DNA of 64,000 nt from Candidatus Kuenenia stuttgartensis (GTDB lineage Bacteria > Planctomycetota > Planctomycetia > Pirellulales > UBA1268). Position 1 is the stretch's first letter. Every line of letters begins with the position of its first letter. The position numbers were made by a program, and so were the translations under genes. Where the stretch lies: assembly GCA_945890755.1 (NCBI GenBank), contig CAMDDA010000001.1, positions 7,656 through 71,655 on the forward strand, given 5' to 3'. Below are positions 9,648-19,437 of this stretch, in pieces. The notes under the pieces were generated by a model. The model was not told the DNA's origin. It was given only the letters and a program-made list of their open reading frames with translations, and did not search any database.

Positions 9648-9725
9648 GGGAGGCGAGGGGGTCGGCGACTGCTCGAGGAGCATTTGGACCGAGTCTTCGA
9701 GGTCCCGCGACGCGACAGTCGCCGC
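9648..9725. repeat. intergenic repeat, family C (reverse orientation relative to the copy at 45562-45625)
   Basis: gggaggcgagggggtcggcgactgctcgaggagcatttggaccgagtcttcgaggtcccgcg is about 90% identical by eye to the reverse complement of 45562-45625. It contains a GGACC-N10-GGTCC stem. Confidence 0.8.
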
Positions 9726-9838
9726 CCCCGAGCCGGCACCTTTCAATGTGGGCCGAAATTTGGACCGGCCGAAATCCCGAACTAGGCTTGCAGGGTCAGT
9801 CTCTCCCCCCCCCCCCCCGGTCCGTCCCGAGTCGCCGC

Positions 9839-10792
9839 ATGAACGACCCCGCGCTCCCGTTCCCCGCCCTCGTCGCCGCCGGCATTCTCCTGGGCGTCCT
9901 CGCCCTGTCGATGCTGCTGCTCATCTTCAACTACGGTCAGCTTTGGTTTCAGGCCTACTGGTCGAAGGCCCGCGTCGGCTTCCTCGAACTGCTCGGCATG
10001 AGCCTGCGGAAGGTGAATGCCCGCACGATCGTGCAGGCGCGAATCATGGCCATCCAAGCCGGCCTCGGCTCGGACATCTCCGGCCGGCGGCTCGAGGCAC
10101 ATTACCTCGCCGGTGGTGACGTGCCCCGCGTGATTCGGGCGCTCATCGCGGCCCAGCGGGCCGACCTCGATCTGGATTTCGACCGGGCCTGCGCGATCGA
10201 CCTCGCCGGCCGCGACGTGCTCGACGCCGTGCAGACGAGCGTCAATCCGAAGGTGATCGACTGCCCCGACACGGCCAGCGGCAAGTCGACGCTGTCGGCC
10301 GTCGCGAAGAACGGCGTCGAGCTCAAAATCCGGGCCCGCGTGACCGTGCGGACGAATCTCCAGCAGCTCATCGGCGGCGCGACCGAGGAGACGATCATCG
10401 CCCGCGTGGGCGAGGGAATCATCACGTCGATCGGCTCGGCCGGCAGCCACTTCGAAGTGATGGAGCACCCCGACACGATCTCGAAAGCGGTGCTGCAGCG
10501 GGGCCTCGACGCCCAGACGGCGTTTCAGATCGTGTCGATCGACATCGCCGACATCGAGGTGGGCGAGAACATCGGCGCTCGGCTCCAGGCCGATCAGGCC
10601 GAGGCCGACACGCGGGTGGCCCGGGCCAAGGCCGAGGAGCGGCGGAGCGTCGCCATCGCCCGGGAGCAGGAGATGAAGGCCGCCACTGCCGAGAACCGGG
10701 CCCGGCTCATCCAGGCGGAGGCCCTCGTGCCCAAGCGCATCGGCGACGCCTTCCGCGCCGGCCGCGGCACCGGGCCCGCCGGCGCAGCTTGA
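9839..10792 (+). CDS. floA: flotillin-like protein FloA (SPFH superfamily)
   Basis: Close colinear similarity to Bacillus FloA/YqfA as I recall it: [56 protein letters not shown] and [17 protein letters not shown]. Internal ATG at 9839 precedes the TM helix. Confidence 0.9.
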   Translation: MNDPALPFPALVAAGILLGVLALSMLLLIFNYGQLWFQAYWSKARVGFLELLGMSLRKVNARTIVQARIMAIQAGLGSDISGRRLEAHYLAGGDVPRVIRALIAAQRADLDLDFDRACAIDLAGRDVLDAVQTSVNPKVIDCPDTASGKSTLSAVAKNGVELKIRARVTVRTNLQQLIGGATEETIIARVGEGIITSIGSAGSHFEVMEHPDTISKAVLQRGLDAQTAFQIVSIDIADIEVGENIGARLQADQAEADTRVARAKAEERRSVAIAREQEMKAATAENRARLIQAEALVPKRIGDAFRAGRGTGPAGAA

Positions 10793-10992
10793 CGCACCAC
10801 TCCAGTTTGCCCGCCTTGCCAGCCGTTGGTGGCAAAACCCTCACGGCCCGGGAAATCGGTCAAACCTTGCCGTCAGCGGCTGCCGATGAAGATACGAGCA
10901 GGAGGCGCCGACCGTCATGAGGACGGTGCGGCCCAGTGGGCCGGCACGGTGGCCTCCCGCACGACAGGCCTCATGGCAAGGGAGTGTGCCCC

Positions 10993-11241
10993 ATGGCGAT
11001 CCGTCAACTGCGTGTTTACACCGGCCCGGAACTCGAAGGTGGCAGCCTCAAACTGATGGCCGGCCCGCCCGCCACGAGCAGCGTCCGGGTGTCGCTCGGC
11101 GAAGTGCTGCCGCTCTTGGCCGATGCCGTGTCGAGCAGCCGCACGTGGCTCTCCGATTTCGCCGATGACGAGATCGAGATCTCGGCCGATCTGCACGATG
11201 TGCTCCAGGCCTACCGACATTTCCGGCGGCCCGGCGCCTGA
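10993..11241 (+). CDS. small hypothetical protein (82 aa)
   Basis: ATG at 10993 (MAIRQLRVYTGPELEGGSLKL...). Non-biased composition with GC-rich third positions. No family recognised. Confidence 0.45.
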   Translation: MAIRQLRVYTGPELEGGSLKLMAGPPATSSVRVSLGEVLPLLADAVSSSRTWLSDFADDEIEISADLHDVLQAYRHFRRPGA

Positions 11242-11371
11242 CGACCGGCGAACGAACCCGGCTTGAAGCCCGAGCGGGGCTTCTGTCGAGGGAGCCATCC
11301 GCCCCCCACAAACCAGGGCGGATTGACCCCTCTTGTAGGTGTGTCACGTCGGAAGCATACTTGCTCCGACC

Positions 11372-12016
11372 ATGAGCCACGCCGTCAATCTCTCCGATCT
11401 CGGACGCCGCGTCCGCGAGGCCCGCATTGCCAGGCGGCTCACGCTCGAGGAGGTTGTTTCCCGCACCGACTTCACGGTCAGCTGGCTCTCGAAGCTGGAG
11501 AACGGCCAACTCGCTCCGTCGCTCGAAGGGCTCGTGCGGTTGGCCGCGGTGCTCGAATGTGGCGTTGATTCGCTGGTCGAGGGACTCTCCATCCCGCCGC
11601 AGTACGTGGTCGTAAAACGCGGCACCGGCGCGATCGTGCCGGCACGCGGCGGCATGGTGCGGGAGTCGCTGGCCGACCAGTGGCGGAACCGGCGGATGCA
11701 CCCGGTCATCCTGCACGTGCCAGGGAGCGGAAGCCGAAAACAGCCCGACAGTCACGACGGCGAGCGGTTCCTCCTGGTCCTCGAGGGGGATGTGCGGGTG
11801 ACCTACGGCGACGAGCAGATCCAGCTCGCCACCGGCGACAGCATCTACCTCCATGCAGCGATTCCGCACACCATCACTGCCGCCGGCCGGGGGGGAGCGC
11901 GGGTACTGAGCGTGGCATATGACCCGGCCTCGACCGACGCACCGCCGGCGCGACGCGGCCGACGGGCGGTGCCTGCAAATGGCTCCACGGCGAAGGCAAG
12001 CCGCGGCACACGCTGA
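11372..12016 (+). CDS. XRE-family HTH transcriptional regulator with C-terminal cupin domain
   Basis: HTH LGRRVREARIARRLTLEEVVSRTDFTVSWLSKLENGQ. Cupin block GERFLLVLEGDVRVTYGDEQIQLATGDSIYLHAAIPHT. Confidence 0.8.
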   Translation: MSHAVNLSDLGRRVREARIARRLTLEEVVSRTDFTVSWLSKLENGQLAPSLEGLVRLAAVLECGVDSLVEGLSIPPQYVVVKRGTGAIVPARGGMVRESLADQWRNRRMHPVILHVPGSGSRKQPDSHDGERFLLVLEGDVRVTYGDEQIQLATGDSIYLHAAIPHTITAAGRGGARVLSVAYDPASTDAPPARRGRRAVPANGSTAKASRGTR

Positions 12017-12148
12017 TTTCCGGCCCGAACGCCTCGCGGGGCGGCCGAGTGGCCGATGCGGTGAACCATGCCGCGGTGTAGGCTGGTGTGGTTGCGACCC
12101 GGTTCGCAACCACACCCAAAACCGCCTGAACATCGTGGAGGCTGTCGC

Positions 12149-13630
12149 GTGCTGAATCCGTCCCGTCGTGATTTTCTGGAACAGGCTCTGGCCGCGACGG
12201 GCGTCGCCCTCGCCGGCCTGCCGGCCGCCCACACCGCTGCCGCGGCCGAGTCGCAGCCCCAGGCAGTCACCCACCCAGGCGACAAGGTCCGCATGGCGGT
12301 GATCGGCGTCAACGGGCAGGGGCGTGGACACGTCGGCGAGCTCAAGCAACTCGCCGACGTCGATCTGGTCGCCATCTGCGACTGCGATCCGGCCGCCTAC
12401 GTGCGGCTCTGCGAACAGCAGTTCAAGAACGAACTGCGGCCGCCGGAATACGTCCAGGATGTCCGTCGCCTGCTCGACCGCCGCGACATCGACGCCGTCA
12501 CGATCGCCACGCCGAATCATTGGCACGCCCTGATGGCCGTGTGGGCGATGCAGTCCGGAAAGGACGTGTACGTCGAGAAGCCCTGCAGCCACAACGTCGA
12601 GGAAGGCCGCGTGATCACGCAGTGGGCGCGGAAGCTCGGCCGCATGTGCCAGATGGGCGTGCAAAGCCGCAGCATGAGCGGCATGCGACAGACACTCGAC
12701 TTCGTGAAGAGCGGCAAGCTCGGCGCGGTCAAGGCCGCCCGGGCCATCTGCTTCCGGCAGCGGAACAGCATCGGCCTGGTCGATACGCCCGCTCCGATTC
12801 CACCAGGACTCGACTTCGATCTCTGGGCAGGGCCGGCCCCGGCCGACGTGCCAAAGCGCAAGAAGCTTCACTACGACTGGCACTGGACGCACCTCACCGG
12901 CAACGGCGATCTCGGCAACCAGAACCCCCATGAGCTCGACAAGGCCCGCTGGGGGCTCGGCAAGCAGGAACTGCCCCGGCGGGTCGTGAGCCTCGGGGGC
13001 CGACTCGGCTACGTCGACAATGGTGACGTCGCCAACTGTCAGGTCACGATCTTCGAGTGGGACGACGCCCTGCTCATCTCCGACGTCCGCGGGCTGCCGC
13101 TCAAGACGCCCGTGACGTACGGGCTCAAAGGTCAAAAGGCTTTCGCCGGCGCCTGCAATGTCTGGTATGGAACGGAGGGCTTCGCGGTCGGCCCGAACTA
13201 CGCTTCGGGTGCGGCCTTCGCCTACGACGGCACGCCGCTGGGAGCCTGGTCGGGGGGCAGCTACCGCGACCACTTCGCGAACTTCGTGGCGGCCGTGAAG
13301 AGTCGCAACCACGCCGACCTCCACCTCGACATCGAGGACGGCCACCTGTCGAGCGCGCTGGCCCACCTCGGCAACGTCTCGTGGTCGCTCGGCGAGGATG
13401 TCGCGCCCGGCACCCGGCCGTCGCTCGCCGCCGCCGACCCGCACGTCGCAGCCACCTGGGAAAGCTTCGAGAGCTACCTCGCCGAGAACCCGATCGACTT
13501 CACCAGCACGAAGCTGAAGCTCGGCCGCGAACTCTCGATCGACCCGCGGACGGAGCGAGCGAGCGACGCCGACGCCAACCGCCTCTTCGGCCGCGAATAC
13601 CGCAAGGGCTTCGAACTGCCGCGGGTGTGA
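12149..13630 (+). CDS. Gfo/Idh/MocA-family oxidoreductase with twin-arginine (Tat) signal
   Basis: Tat motif SRRDFLEQALAATGVALAGLPAAHTAAA. Rossmann start RMAVIGVNGQGRGH. The probable GTG start (residue 28 of track ORF 12068) is inferred from the residue offset and the Tat motif position only, not confirmed against the nucleotide sequence. The ATG at 12068 is an alternative. Confidence 0.8.
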   Translation: MLNPSRRDFLEQALAATGVALAGLPAAHTAAAAESQPQAVTHPGDKVRMAVIGVNGQGRGHVGELKQLADVDLVAICDCDPAAYVRLCEQQFKNELRPPEYVQDVRRLLDRRDIDAVTIATPNHWHALMAVWAMQSGKDVYVEKPCSHNVEEGRVITQWARKLGRMCQMGVQSRSMSGMRQTLDFVKSGKLGAVKAARAICFRQRNSIGLVDTPAPIPPGLDFDLWAGPAPADVPKRKKLHYDWHWTHLTGNGDLGNQNPHELDKARWGLGKQELPRRVVSLGGRLGYVDNGDVANCQVTIFEWDDALLISDVRGLPLKTPVTYGLKGQKAFAGACNVWYGTEGFAVGPNYASGAAFAYDGTPLGAWSGGSYRDHFANFVAAVKSRNHADLHLDIEDGHLSSALAHLGNVSWSLGEDVAPGTRPSLAAADPHVAATWESFESYLAENPIDFTSTKLKLGRELSIDPRTERASDADANRLFGREYRKGFELPRV

Positions 13631-13633
13631 CAC

Positions 13634-14176
13634 TCAGCCGTCGACAGGCCGGGCCGGCGTCTCGAGCACGAGCTGCCAGAACTCGAGGTCGAGCCAGCGG
13701 CCGAACTTGAAACCGGCCTCGTAGACCGTGCCGCAGCAGGTGAAGCCGACCGCCCGATGCAGGGCGATGCTCGCGGTGTTGGAGGCGTCGATGCCGGCGA
13801 CGAGCGTGTGGAGGTCGCGGGCCCTGGCCTCGGCCACGATGGCCGCCAGCAGCAGCCTTCCGACTCCGCGGCCCCGAAACCGCTCGTCGACGTAGACCGA
13901 ATGTTCGACCGTGTATTTGTAGGCGGGCCGCAACCGGAACGGTCCCCAGGTCGCGAAGCCGGCGAGCACGCCAGGCTCCCATTCGATGCCCAGGATCGGC
14001 GTCTCGTCACGCATCCGCACCGCGAACCACTCCTGCATCACGGCATCGGTTCGCTCGTGATACTCGTAGAGCGACGTGGAGTGCAGGATCGCGTGGTTGT
14101 AGATCGCCTGAATCGCCGGCAGATGGGCGGCGGTGCAGGCGATGACGGGGCGGTCGGCGGCAGAAGGGCTGTGCAT
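13634..14176 (-). CDS. GNAT N-acetyltransferase (phosphinothricin acetyltransferase-like)
   Basis: IYNHAILHSTSLYEYHERT..., acetyl-CoA motif RFRGRGVGRLLL, and C-terminus GFKFGRWLDLEFWQL typical of the PAT subfamily. Confidence 0.78.
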   Translation of the reverse strand: MHSPSAADRPVIACTAAHLPAIQAIYNHAILHSTSLYEYHERTDAVMQEWFAVRMRDETPILGIEWEPGVLAGFATWGPFRLRPAYKYTVEHSVYVDERFRGRGVGRLLLAAIVAEARARDLHTLVAGIDASNTASIALHRAVGFTCCGTVYEAGFKFGRWLDLEFWQLVLETPARPVDG

Positions 14177-14186
14177 CGAGCGGGCG

Positions 14187-15938
14187 TCAGGGGCGGGCAG
14201 GGCGGGCGACGGGAGGCGGGGTCAGCAGCGACACGCCGACGAGCACCACGAAGCCCAGCGGAATCGTCACGAGTCCGGGCTGGCTGAAGGGCATCGGCGA
14301 CAGGTCGCGGGGCAGGCCGTAGACCTTTTCGAACGTGTCGGCCGACAGCAGGATCCAGGCCAGCGAGGAAAGCATACCCACCGTGACGGCCGCGACGATC
14401 CCCTGCTTCGTCGTCCGCGGCCAGAACAGCAGCATCACGAGGGCCGGCAGGTTGGCACTCGCCGCGATGTTGAACGCCCAGCCGACCAAGAAGCTCACGT
14501 TGAAGCTCTTGAAGAGGATGCCGAGGGCCATCGCGATCACCCCGAGGGCCACCGCCGCGATCTTGCCACACCGCACCTTCTCGTGGTCGGTCATCCGCAC
14601 GCCACAGACGTTCTCGACGAGATCGTGGGCCACGGCGCCGCTGCCGGCCATGATCAGCCCGCTCACGGTGCCGAGCACCGTCGTGAAGGCGATCGCGGAG
14701 ATGATCGCGAACAGCGTGGTGCTGAAGGATTTCGCCAGGAGCGGCGCGGCCATGTTGGTGTCGGTGGGGTCGAGGGCCCCGCTGGTCATCGCCCCCAGGC
14801 CGAGATAGAGCGTGAGCACGTAGAACACGCCGATCGCCGCGATCCCCACGACGGTGCTCTTCCGGGCTGCCGCGGCGTCCTTCACGGTGTAGTAGCGGAT
14901 CAAGATGTGAGGGAGCGAGGCGGTGCCGCAGAACAGGGCGAGCATGAGACTCGCGAAGTCGAGCCGGTCGGTGAGCTTGCCGGTCGTGAGCCCCTTGAAG
15001 AATCCCCCGGGCGTGAGCAGTTCCGATCCCTTGCGCTCCACGGGCGCATAGGTGACATGCGTGCCCTGCTCGTCGGTGTGCCGCTTCGCCGACCAGCTGA
15101 CGATCGTCGAATCCTCGAGGGCGGCCAGGTATTCCAGCGGCCGGAGCGGGCCGGTCGAGGTTCTGCCGGCGTATCGCTCGGGCAGCCGCAGGAGCGTGCC
15201 CACGGGTCGCAGGTCATGATCCTTCGTCTGCGGGACGCCATCGATGAGCACGGTGCCGTCGGGGCGGATCGTCTTCACCTGGGCCACGAGGATTTCCGTG
15301 CCGGGCCGGCCGGCGTTCACCTGGAGGCCCCGGCCCAGAATCAGCATCGTGAGCACGCCGCAGAAGAAGACCAGGAGCGAACCCTTGATGAATTGCACCC
15401 ACGTGGTCGAGACCATGCCGGCTGTGACCACGATCAGCGTGACCGCCACGCCCACCAAGACGACGCCCACGGCATGGGGGAGACCGAGCAGCGGCGTGAT
15501 CAGCGAGCCGGCGCCGACCATCTGCGGGATCAGGTAGAAGACGCTGACCACGAGCGTCGAGATGGCGACGGCCAGCTTGATCCCGCGGCTGTTGAACTTC
15601 GCGTCGAGCGCGTCGGCGAACGTGAACCGGCCGAGCGCCTTGATCGGCTCGGCGATCACGAACAGCGCCACCACCCACCCGGCGAGGAAGCCGATCGAAT
15701 AGAGGAAGCCGTCGTAGCCCGAGAAGGCGATCATCCCGCAGATGCCGAGAAACGATGCCGCCGAGAGATAGTCGCCGGCGAAGGCGATGCCGTTGACGAA
15801 CCAGTGCACCTGCCCGTGGGCGGCGTAGTACTCCTGGGCAGACTGCTTCTTGCGTCCCAGCCAGAAGGAGAGCCCGATCACGCCGACCACGAAGGTGGCG
15901 AAGATGAGCACGGCCAGCGGAGAGGTGTCGTGAAGCAT
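14187..15938 (-). CDS. actP: cation/acetate symporter (sodium:solute symporter family)
   Basis: 583 aa, multi-TM. GRKKQSAQEYYAAHGQVHWFVNGIAFAGDYLSAASFLG is typical of ActP. Preceded by a DUF485 gene, as in yjcH-actP. Confidence 0.82.
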   Translation of the reverse strand: MLHDTSPLAVLIFATFVVGVIGLSFWLGRKKQSAQEYYAAHGQVHWFVNGIAFAGDYLSAASFLGICGMIAFSGYDGFLYSIGFLAGWVVALFVIAEPIKALGRFTFADALDAKFNSRGIKLAVAISTLVVSVFYLIPQMVGAGSLITPLLGLPHAVGVVLVGVAVTLIVVTAGMVSTTWVQFIKGSLLVFFCGVLTMLILGRGLQVNAGRPGTEILVAQVKTIRPDGTVLIDGVPQTKDHDLRPVGTLLRLPERYAGRTSTGPLRPLEYLAALEDSTIVSWSAKRHTDEQGTHVTYAPVERKGSELLTPGGFFKGLTTGKLTDRLDFASLMLALFCGTASLPHILIRYYTVKDAAAARKSTVVGIAAIGVFYVLTLYLGLGAMTSGALDPTDTNMAAPLLAKSFSTTLFAIISAIAFTTVLGTVSGLIMAGSGAVAHDLVENVCGVRMTDHEKVRCGKIAAVALGVIAMALGILFKSFNVSFLVGWAFNIAASANLPALVMLLFWPRTTKQGIVAAVTVGMLSSLAWILLSADTFEKVYGLPRDLSPMPFSQPGLVTIPLGFVVLVGVSLLTPPPVARPARP

Positions 15939-15953
15939 CCTGCGCAGTTCCTC

Positions 15954-16178
15954 TCAGCGGCCTGCCCGGGCGACCATGTAGACGACGGCGAGGATGAAGG
16001 CGGATGCGATCAGGCCCATGCCGGCCGCGATCGCCAGATTCACGCCGCCGAACGGTCGCCACGAAAGCAGGTCGGGGCGGGCCAGTACCAGCGCCATGAA
16101 GCCGCCGTAGAGCAGCACGTACAGCCAGAAGAGCGCCAGACCGAGGCGGCTGCCGGTGGGCTGTTCGTCCGTGGCCAT
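15954..16178 (-). CDS. DUF485 (YjcH-like) small membrane protein
   Basis: 74 aa with two TM helices, 15 nt upstream of actP. This is the conserved yjcH-actP pairing. Confidence 0.6.
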   Translation of the reverse strand: MATDEQPTGSRLGLALFWLYVLLYGGFMALVLARPDLLSWRPFGGVNLAIAAGMGLIASAFILAVVYMVARAGR

Positions 16179-16370
16179 GAGGTGTTCCCGGGGGTGCGGC
16201 AGTCTACACCCTCATGAGAATTGAAGAATCCGGTCATGGGTCAGGCCCAAGAGGCCCTGAGCGGAAGCGACGTGACCTGCGGAACGGGAATATTCAAAGC
16301 TCAATACAGGTGATCATCGGATGAAACCGGGTCAACGGGACTCAACGGTGTTTCCTGTGCCCGCGGGCCG

Positions 16371-19300
16371 TCACGAACCGAACTGCTTCTCGTAGGCGGC
16401 CTTGAACGGATTCTCGGCCGGACCGTCGAGGTTTTCGTTCACGAGGTCCGGCTGCACGCTCCGCCACCAGGCAGCGTAGGTGGCGGCCAGCCGCTGCACG
16501 ACGTCGGGCTGTGCTGCGGCGAGGTCATGCTGCTCGGCCGGATCGGTCGCGATGTCGTAGAGCTCCCAGGCGTCGGGGCGGTTCTTCGTGTTCACGAGGC
16601 TCCAGCGGCCTTCCCGGATCCGGCAGTTGCGATAGGCACTCCTTGCCGCCTCGCCACGATCCCAACGGCCGACGTGCGTGACGAGCGGCCGATCGGGCCA
16701 GGCGGCCGAGGCATCGGTAAGGAGCGGCACGAGGCTCCGGCCTTCGGCCTTCTCGGCGACGGCGGGCGGGAGGGCGACGCCGGCGAGTTCGCAGAGCGTG
16801 GGCAACACGTCGATGTGCGCCGTGACGGCCGGCACGTCGACCCCGGCGGGCAGCCGACCGGGCCACCGCCAGAAGGCCGGCACCCGCGTGCCACCGCGAT
16901 ACGGCGACACTTTTTGCCCGCGCATGCCGTCATTGCTGACGGCCGCTCCATTGGCGGTGCCATTATCCGTCGTGAAGACGACGAGCGTGTCCTCGGCGAG
17001 CCCCCATTCGTCGAGCTTCGCGAACAGTCGTCCCATGTTGGCGTCGATGTTCTCGATCATGCCGTAGAACTTCGCGATCTTCTCCCGCTGTTTCGAGTCG
17101 GCGATCCCGGCGGCCTCCAGCTTGGCAAGCCAGGGTGCGTCGGAGCCGGGCGGGCAGTCGAGTGGATCATGGGGCGCGTTGGGCGTGAGATAACAGAAGA
17201 AGGGTGTGTCGGTCTTCCGTTGGCCATCGATCCAGGTGAGGGCCGCGTCGAAGAAGACGTCTGTGCAGTAGCCCGTGGTCTTCACGAACGTTCCGTCGCT
17301 ACGGATCACCGGGTCGAAGTAGCGGTTGCCTGGGGCGTCGCCGCAGCTACCGGGATACGACTGGCCGATCCCGCCGCCCCCGTGGATGAAGACCCGGTCG
17401 AAGCCCCGCTTGCCCGGCTGATACTCGTCCTCATCGCCGAGATGCCATTTGCCGAAGATGCCGGTCGCATAGCCGCCGCCACGCCGCAACAGCTGCGGCA
17501 GCGTGACCGCGGAGAGGGCCAGCCGTTCCCGCTCGAAGATCGTGTGGGTGACTCCCGAGCGGAACTCATGCCGACCGGTGAGCAGGGCCGCTCGGGTCGG
17601 GGCACACGTGGGACTCGCATGAAACTCCGTGAAGTGCAGGCTCTCCCGGTGCATGCGGTCGAGGTGCGGCGTCGCGAGCACCGGGTTCCCCAGGGCTGCG
17701 ACGTCGCCGTAGCCCTGGTCGTCGGTCATCACGTAGATGATGTTCGGGCGGCGGGGTCGGGCCGCACGCCCCACCGTCGACTGCGCAGCGGCGAGTCGGC
17801 GGCAGTCGGTGGCGATCTCCTCCCACGCCTGCTCGAGTTGGGCCACCCGGGCGGGCTCGCGATCCGCCAGGTTCACGATTTCGGTGCGATCGCCAGCAAG
17901 GTCGTAGAGCTCCCACGGGGTGCCCTTGGCCGCGACGAGCTTCCAATCGCCGACGCGGACGGCGCGGTTACCCTCATGACACCACCAGAGCGTGTCGCGC
18001 GGCGGCGGAGCGGTCGGCTCGGAGAGGCACGCAGCAAAGCTCCGGCCCTGCATCGGGGGCACTGGGCCGCCGGCGTGCTCCCGCGGTGCCGCGACTCCCG
18101 CCAGTTCGAGCACCGTCGGCACGACGTCGATCACATGCACCGGCTGGGTGCGGAGACCGCTCTCCGGGACGACACCCTTCGGCCAGTGGACGATCCAGGG
18201 CGTGGCGATGCCCCCCTCGTGCACCCAGGTCTTGTGGCGGCGAAAGGGCGTGTTGGCGCAGCTCGACCAGCCCGGGCCAAGGCAGGGAAACGTACCCGCC
18301 GAGCCCAACGGCACCACCGGATCGTGCCCCTTGCCACGGATCAGGATCTCGGCCGACGCGCCGTTGTCGCTCAGGAACAGGATCAGCGTGTCGTCGAGGG
18401 CCTGCATCGCCTCGAGCTGCCCGATGATCCGACCTACCGCGCGATCCATCATCTCGACCATGGCGGCATGAATCGCCATCTTCGTGGCCTGGAACTCCCG
18501 CTGCTCGGGCGAGAGGCTGGCCCAGGGCAGCGGCCGGTCGATCTCCCCGGGTCCGAACCGGGCGAGGATGTCGGGCTTCGGCTGATACGGTGGGCCGACC
18601 TGTGGCTCGAGCGGCGCGAGGGGCGAGGTGACGATCTGGCCGGCGGTGAGCCGCTCGAAGCGGGCGGTCCGCACGGCGTCCCAGCCGACGCGGTAGCGGT
18701 CTTTGTATTTCGCGATCAGATCCTGGGGCGCCTGGAGCGGGAAGTGGGGTGACGTGAAGGCGACGTAGCTGAAGAACGGCACGCCGGCGTGCTCGGCCGC
18801 ATGATGGCGGAGGCACTCCGCGGCGTGCTCGCCGATCGCCGTCGTCACGTAGTAGTCGGCACCGGCCTCGATCGGCTTGCCGTCGACGGTGACGCCTTCC
18901 GGATCGAAGTAGTCGTTTTGCCCTCCTTCGACCTGGAGCGAGCGGACGAACCCCTGCTGCCGCGGATCACCGTCGATATGCCACTTGCCCGAGTGGTAGG
19001 TGCGGTAGCCCGCCGGCACGAGAAGCTCCGGCAGCAGCCGGGCCCATGCCGGCCGCCGGTTCCCAGTGCCCCCCTTGCCGCCCGGCAGGGCATCGCGGTT
19101 GACAGTCTGGGCGTAATAGCCGGTCAGGAGTGCGGCACGGGTCGGCCAGCAGCGGGCCGTGTTGTAGCCCTGCGTGAACCGGAGGCCGCCGGCCGCGAGG
19201 CGGTCGAGGTGCGGCGTGTCGATCTCGCCGCCGTACGAGCCGAGATCGGAGAACCCGAGATCGTCCGCGAGGATCACGACGACGTTCGGCGGCGCGGCAG

Positions 19301-19385
19301 CCACGCGGCCCGTGCAGGCGAGGCCGCTCCACGCCGCCGTCACCGCCAGACAGAGAGCCACCGGGTGCGAGACGCTCCGTTGCAT
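16371..19385 (-). CDS. tandem double arylsulfatase (two complete sulfatase domains in one 1004-aa protein)
   Basis: Signal peptide. Domain 1: [21 protein letters not shown]...[11 protein letters not shown]. Domain 2: [16 protein letters not shown]...[11 protein letters not shown]. Both have intact C-x-P-x-R formylglycine motifs. Confidence 0.88.
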   Translation of the reverse strand: MQRSVSHPVALCLAVTAAWSGLACTGRVAAAPPNVVVILADDLGFSDLGSYGGEIDTPHLDRLAAGGLRFTQGYNTARCWPTRAALLTGYYAQTVNRDALPGGKGGTGNRRPAWARLLPELLVPAGYRTYHSGKWHIDGDPRQQGFVRSLQVEGGQNDYFDPEGVTVDGKPIEAGADYYVTTAIGEHAAECLRHHAAEHAGVPFFSYVAFTSPHFPLQAPQDLIAKYKDRYRVGWDAVRTARFERLTAGQIVTSPLAPLEPQVGPPYQPKPDILARFGPGEIDRPLPWASLSPEQREFQATKMAIHAAMVEMMDRAVGRIIGQLEAMQALDDTLILFLSDNGASAEILIRGKGHDPVVPLGSAGTFPCLGPGWSSCANTPFRRHKTWVHEGGIATPWIVHWPKGVVPESGLRTQPVHVIDVVPTVLELAGVAAPREHAGGPVPPMQGRSFAACLSEPTAPPPRDTLWWCHEGNRAVRVGDWKLVAAKGTPWELYDLAGDRTEIVNLADREPARVAQLEQAWEEIATDCRRLAAAQSTVGRAARPRRPNIIYVMTDDQGYGDVAALGNPVLATPHLDRMHRESLHFTEFHASPTCAPTRAALLTGRHEFRSGVTHTIFERERLALSAVTLPQLLRRGGGYATGIFGKWHLGDEDEYQPGKRGFDRVFIHGGGGIGQSYPGSCGDAPGNRYFDPVIRSDGTFVKTTGYCTDVFFDAALTWIDGQRKTDTPFFCYLTPNAPHDPLDCPPGSDAPWLAKLEAAGIADSKQREKIAKFYGMIENIDANMGRLFAKLDEWGLAEDTLVVFTTDNGTANGAAVSNDGMRGQKVSPYRGGTRVPAFWRWPGRLPAGVDVPAVTAHIDVLPTLCELAGVALPPAVAEKAEGRSLVPLLTDASAAWPDRPLVTHVGRWDRGEAARSAYRNCRIREGRWSLVNTKNRPDAWELYDIATDPAEQHDLAAAQPDVVQRLAATYAAWWRSVQPDLVNENLDGPAENPFKAAYEKQFGS

Positions 19386-19437
19386 GCCCTTCCTCCTGTT
19401 CCAGGTCAGTGGTTGGGCTCGAGCCCGCCCCCGCTCG

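Noticed and set aside
11343-11358. GG-N10-GC sigma-54-like spacing (cGGAAGcatacTTGCt) upstream of the XRE/cupin gene
   Set aside because: The -24 element is poor (GGAAG rather than GGCAC). The -12 element is only ~10 nt from the ATG, which would give a leaderless transcript.
11048-13633. 861-aa ORF on the minus strand
   Set aside because: It is antisense to the XRE/cupin and Gfo/Idh/MocA genes, which have clear family motifs. The translation is Arg/Gly/Ala/Pro-rich with no motifs. This is a typical shadow ORF of high-GC DNA.
14133-16217. 694-aa ORF on the plus strand
   Set aside because: It is antisense to actP and the DUF485 gene. It is extremely rich in R/H/E/G/D, has no TM or domain logic, and is a shadow ORF.
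16527-18752. 741-aa ORF on the plus strand, plus other long ORFs over the sulfatase gene
   Set aside because: They are antisense to the double sulfatase, whose two catalytic domains are unambiguous.
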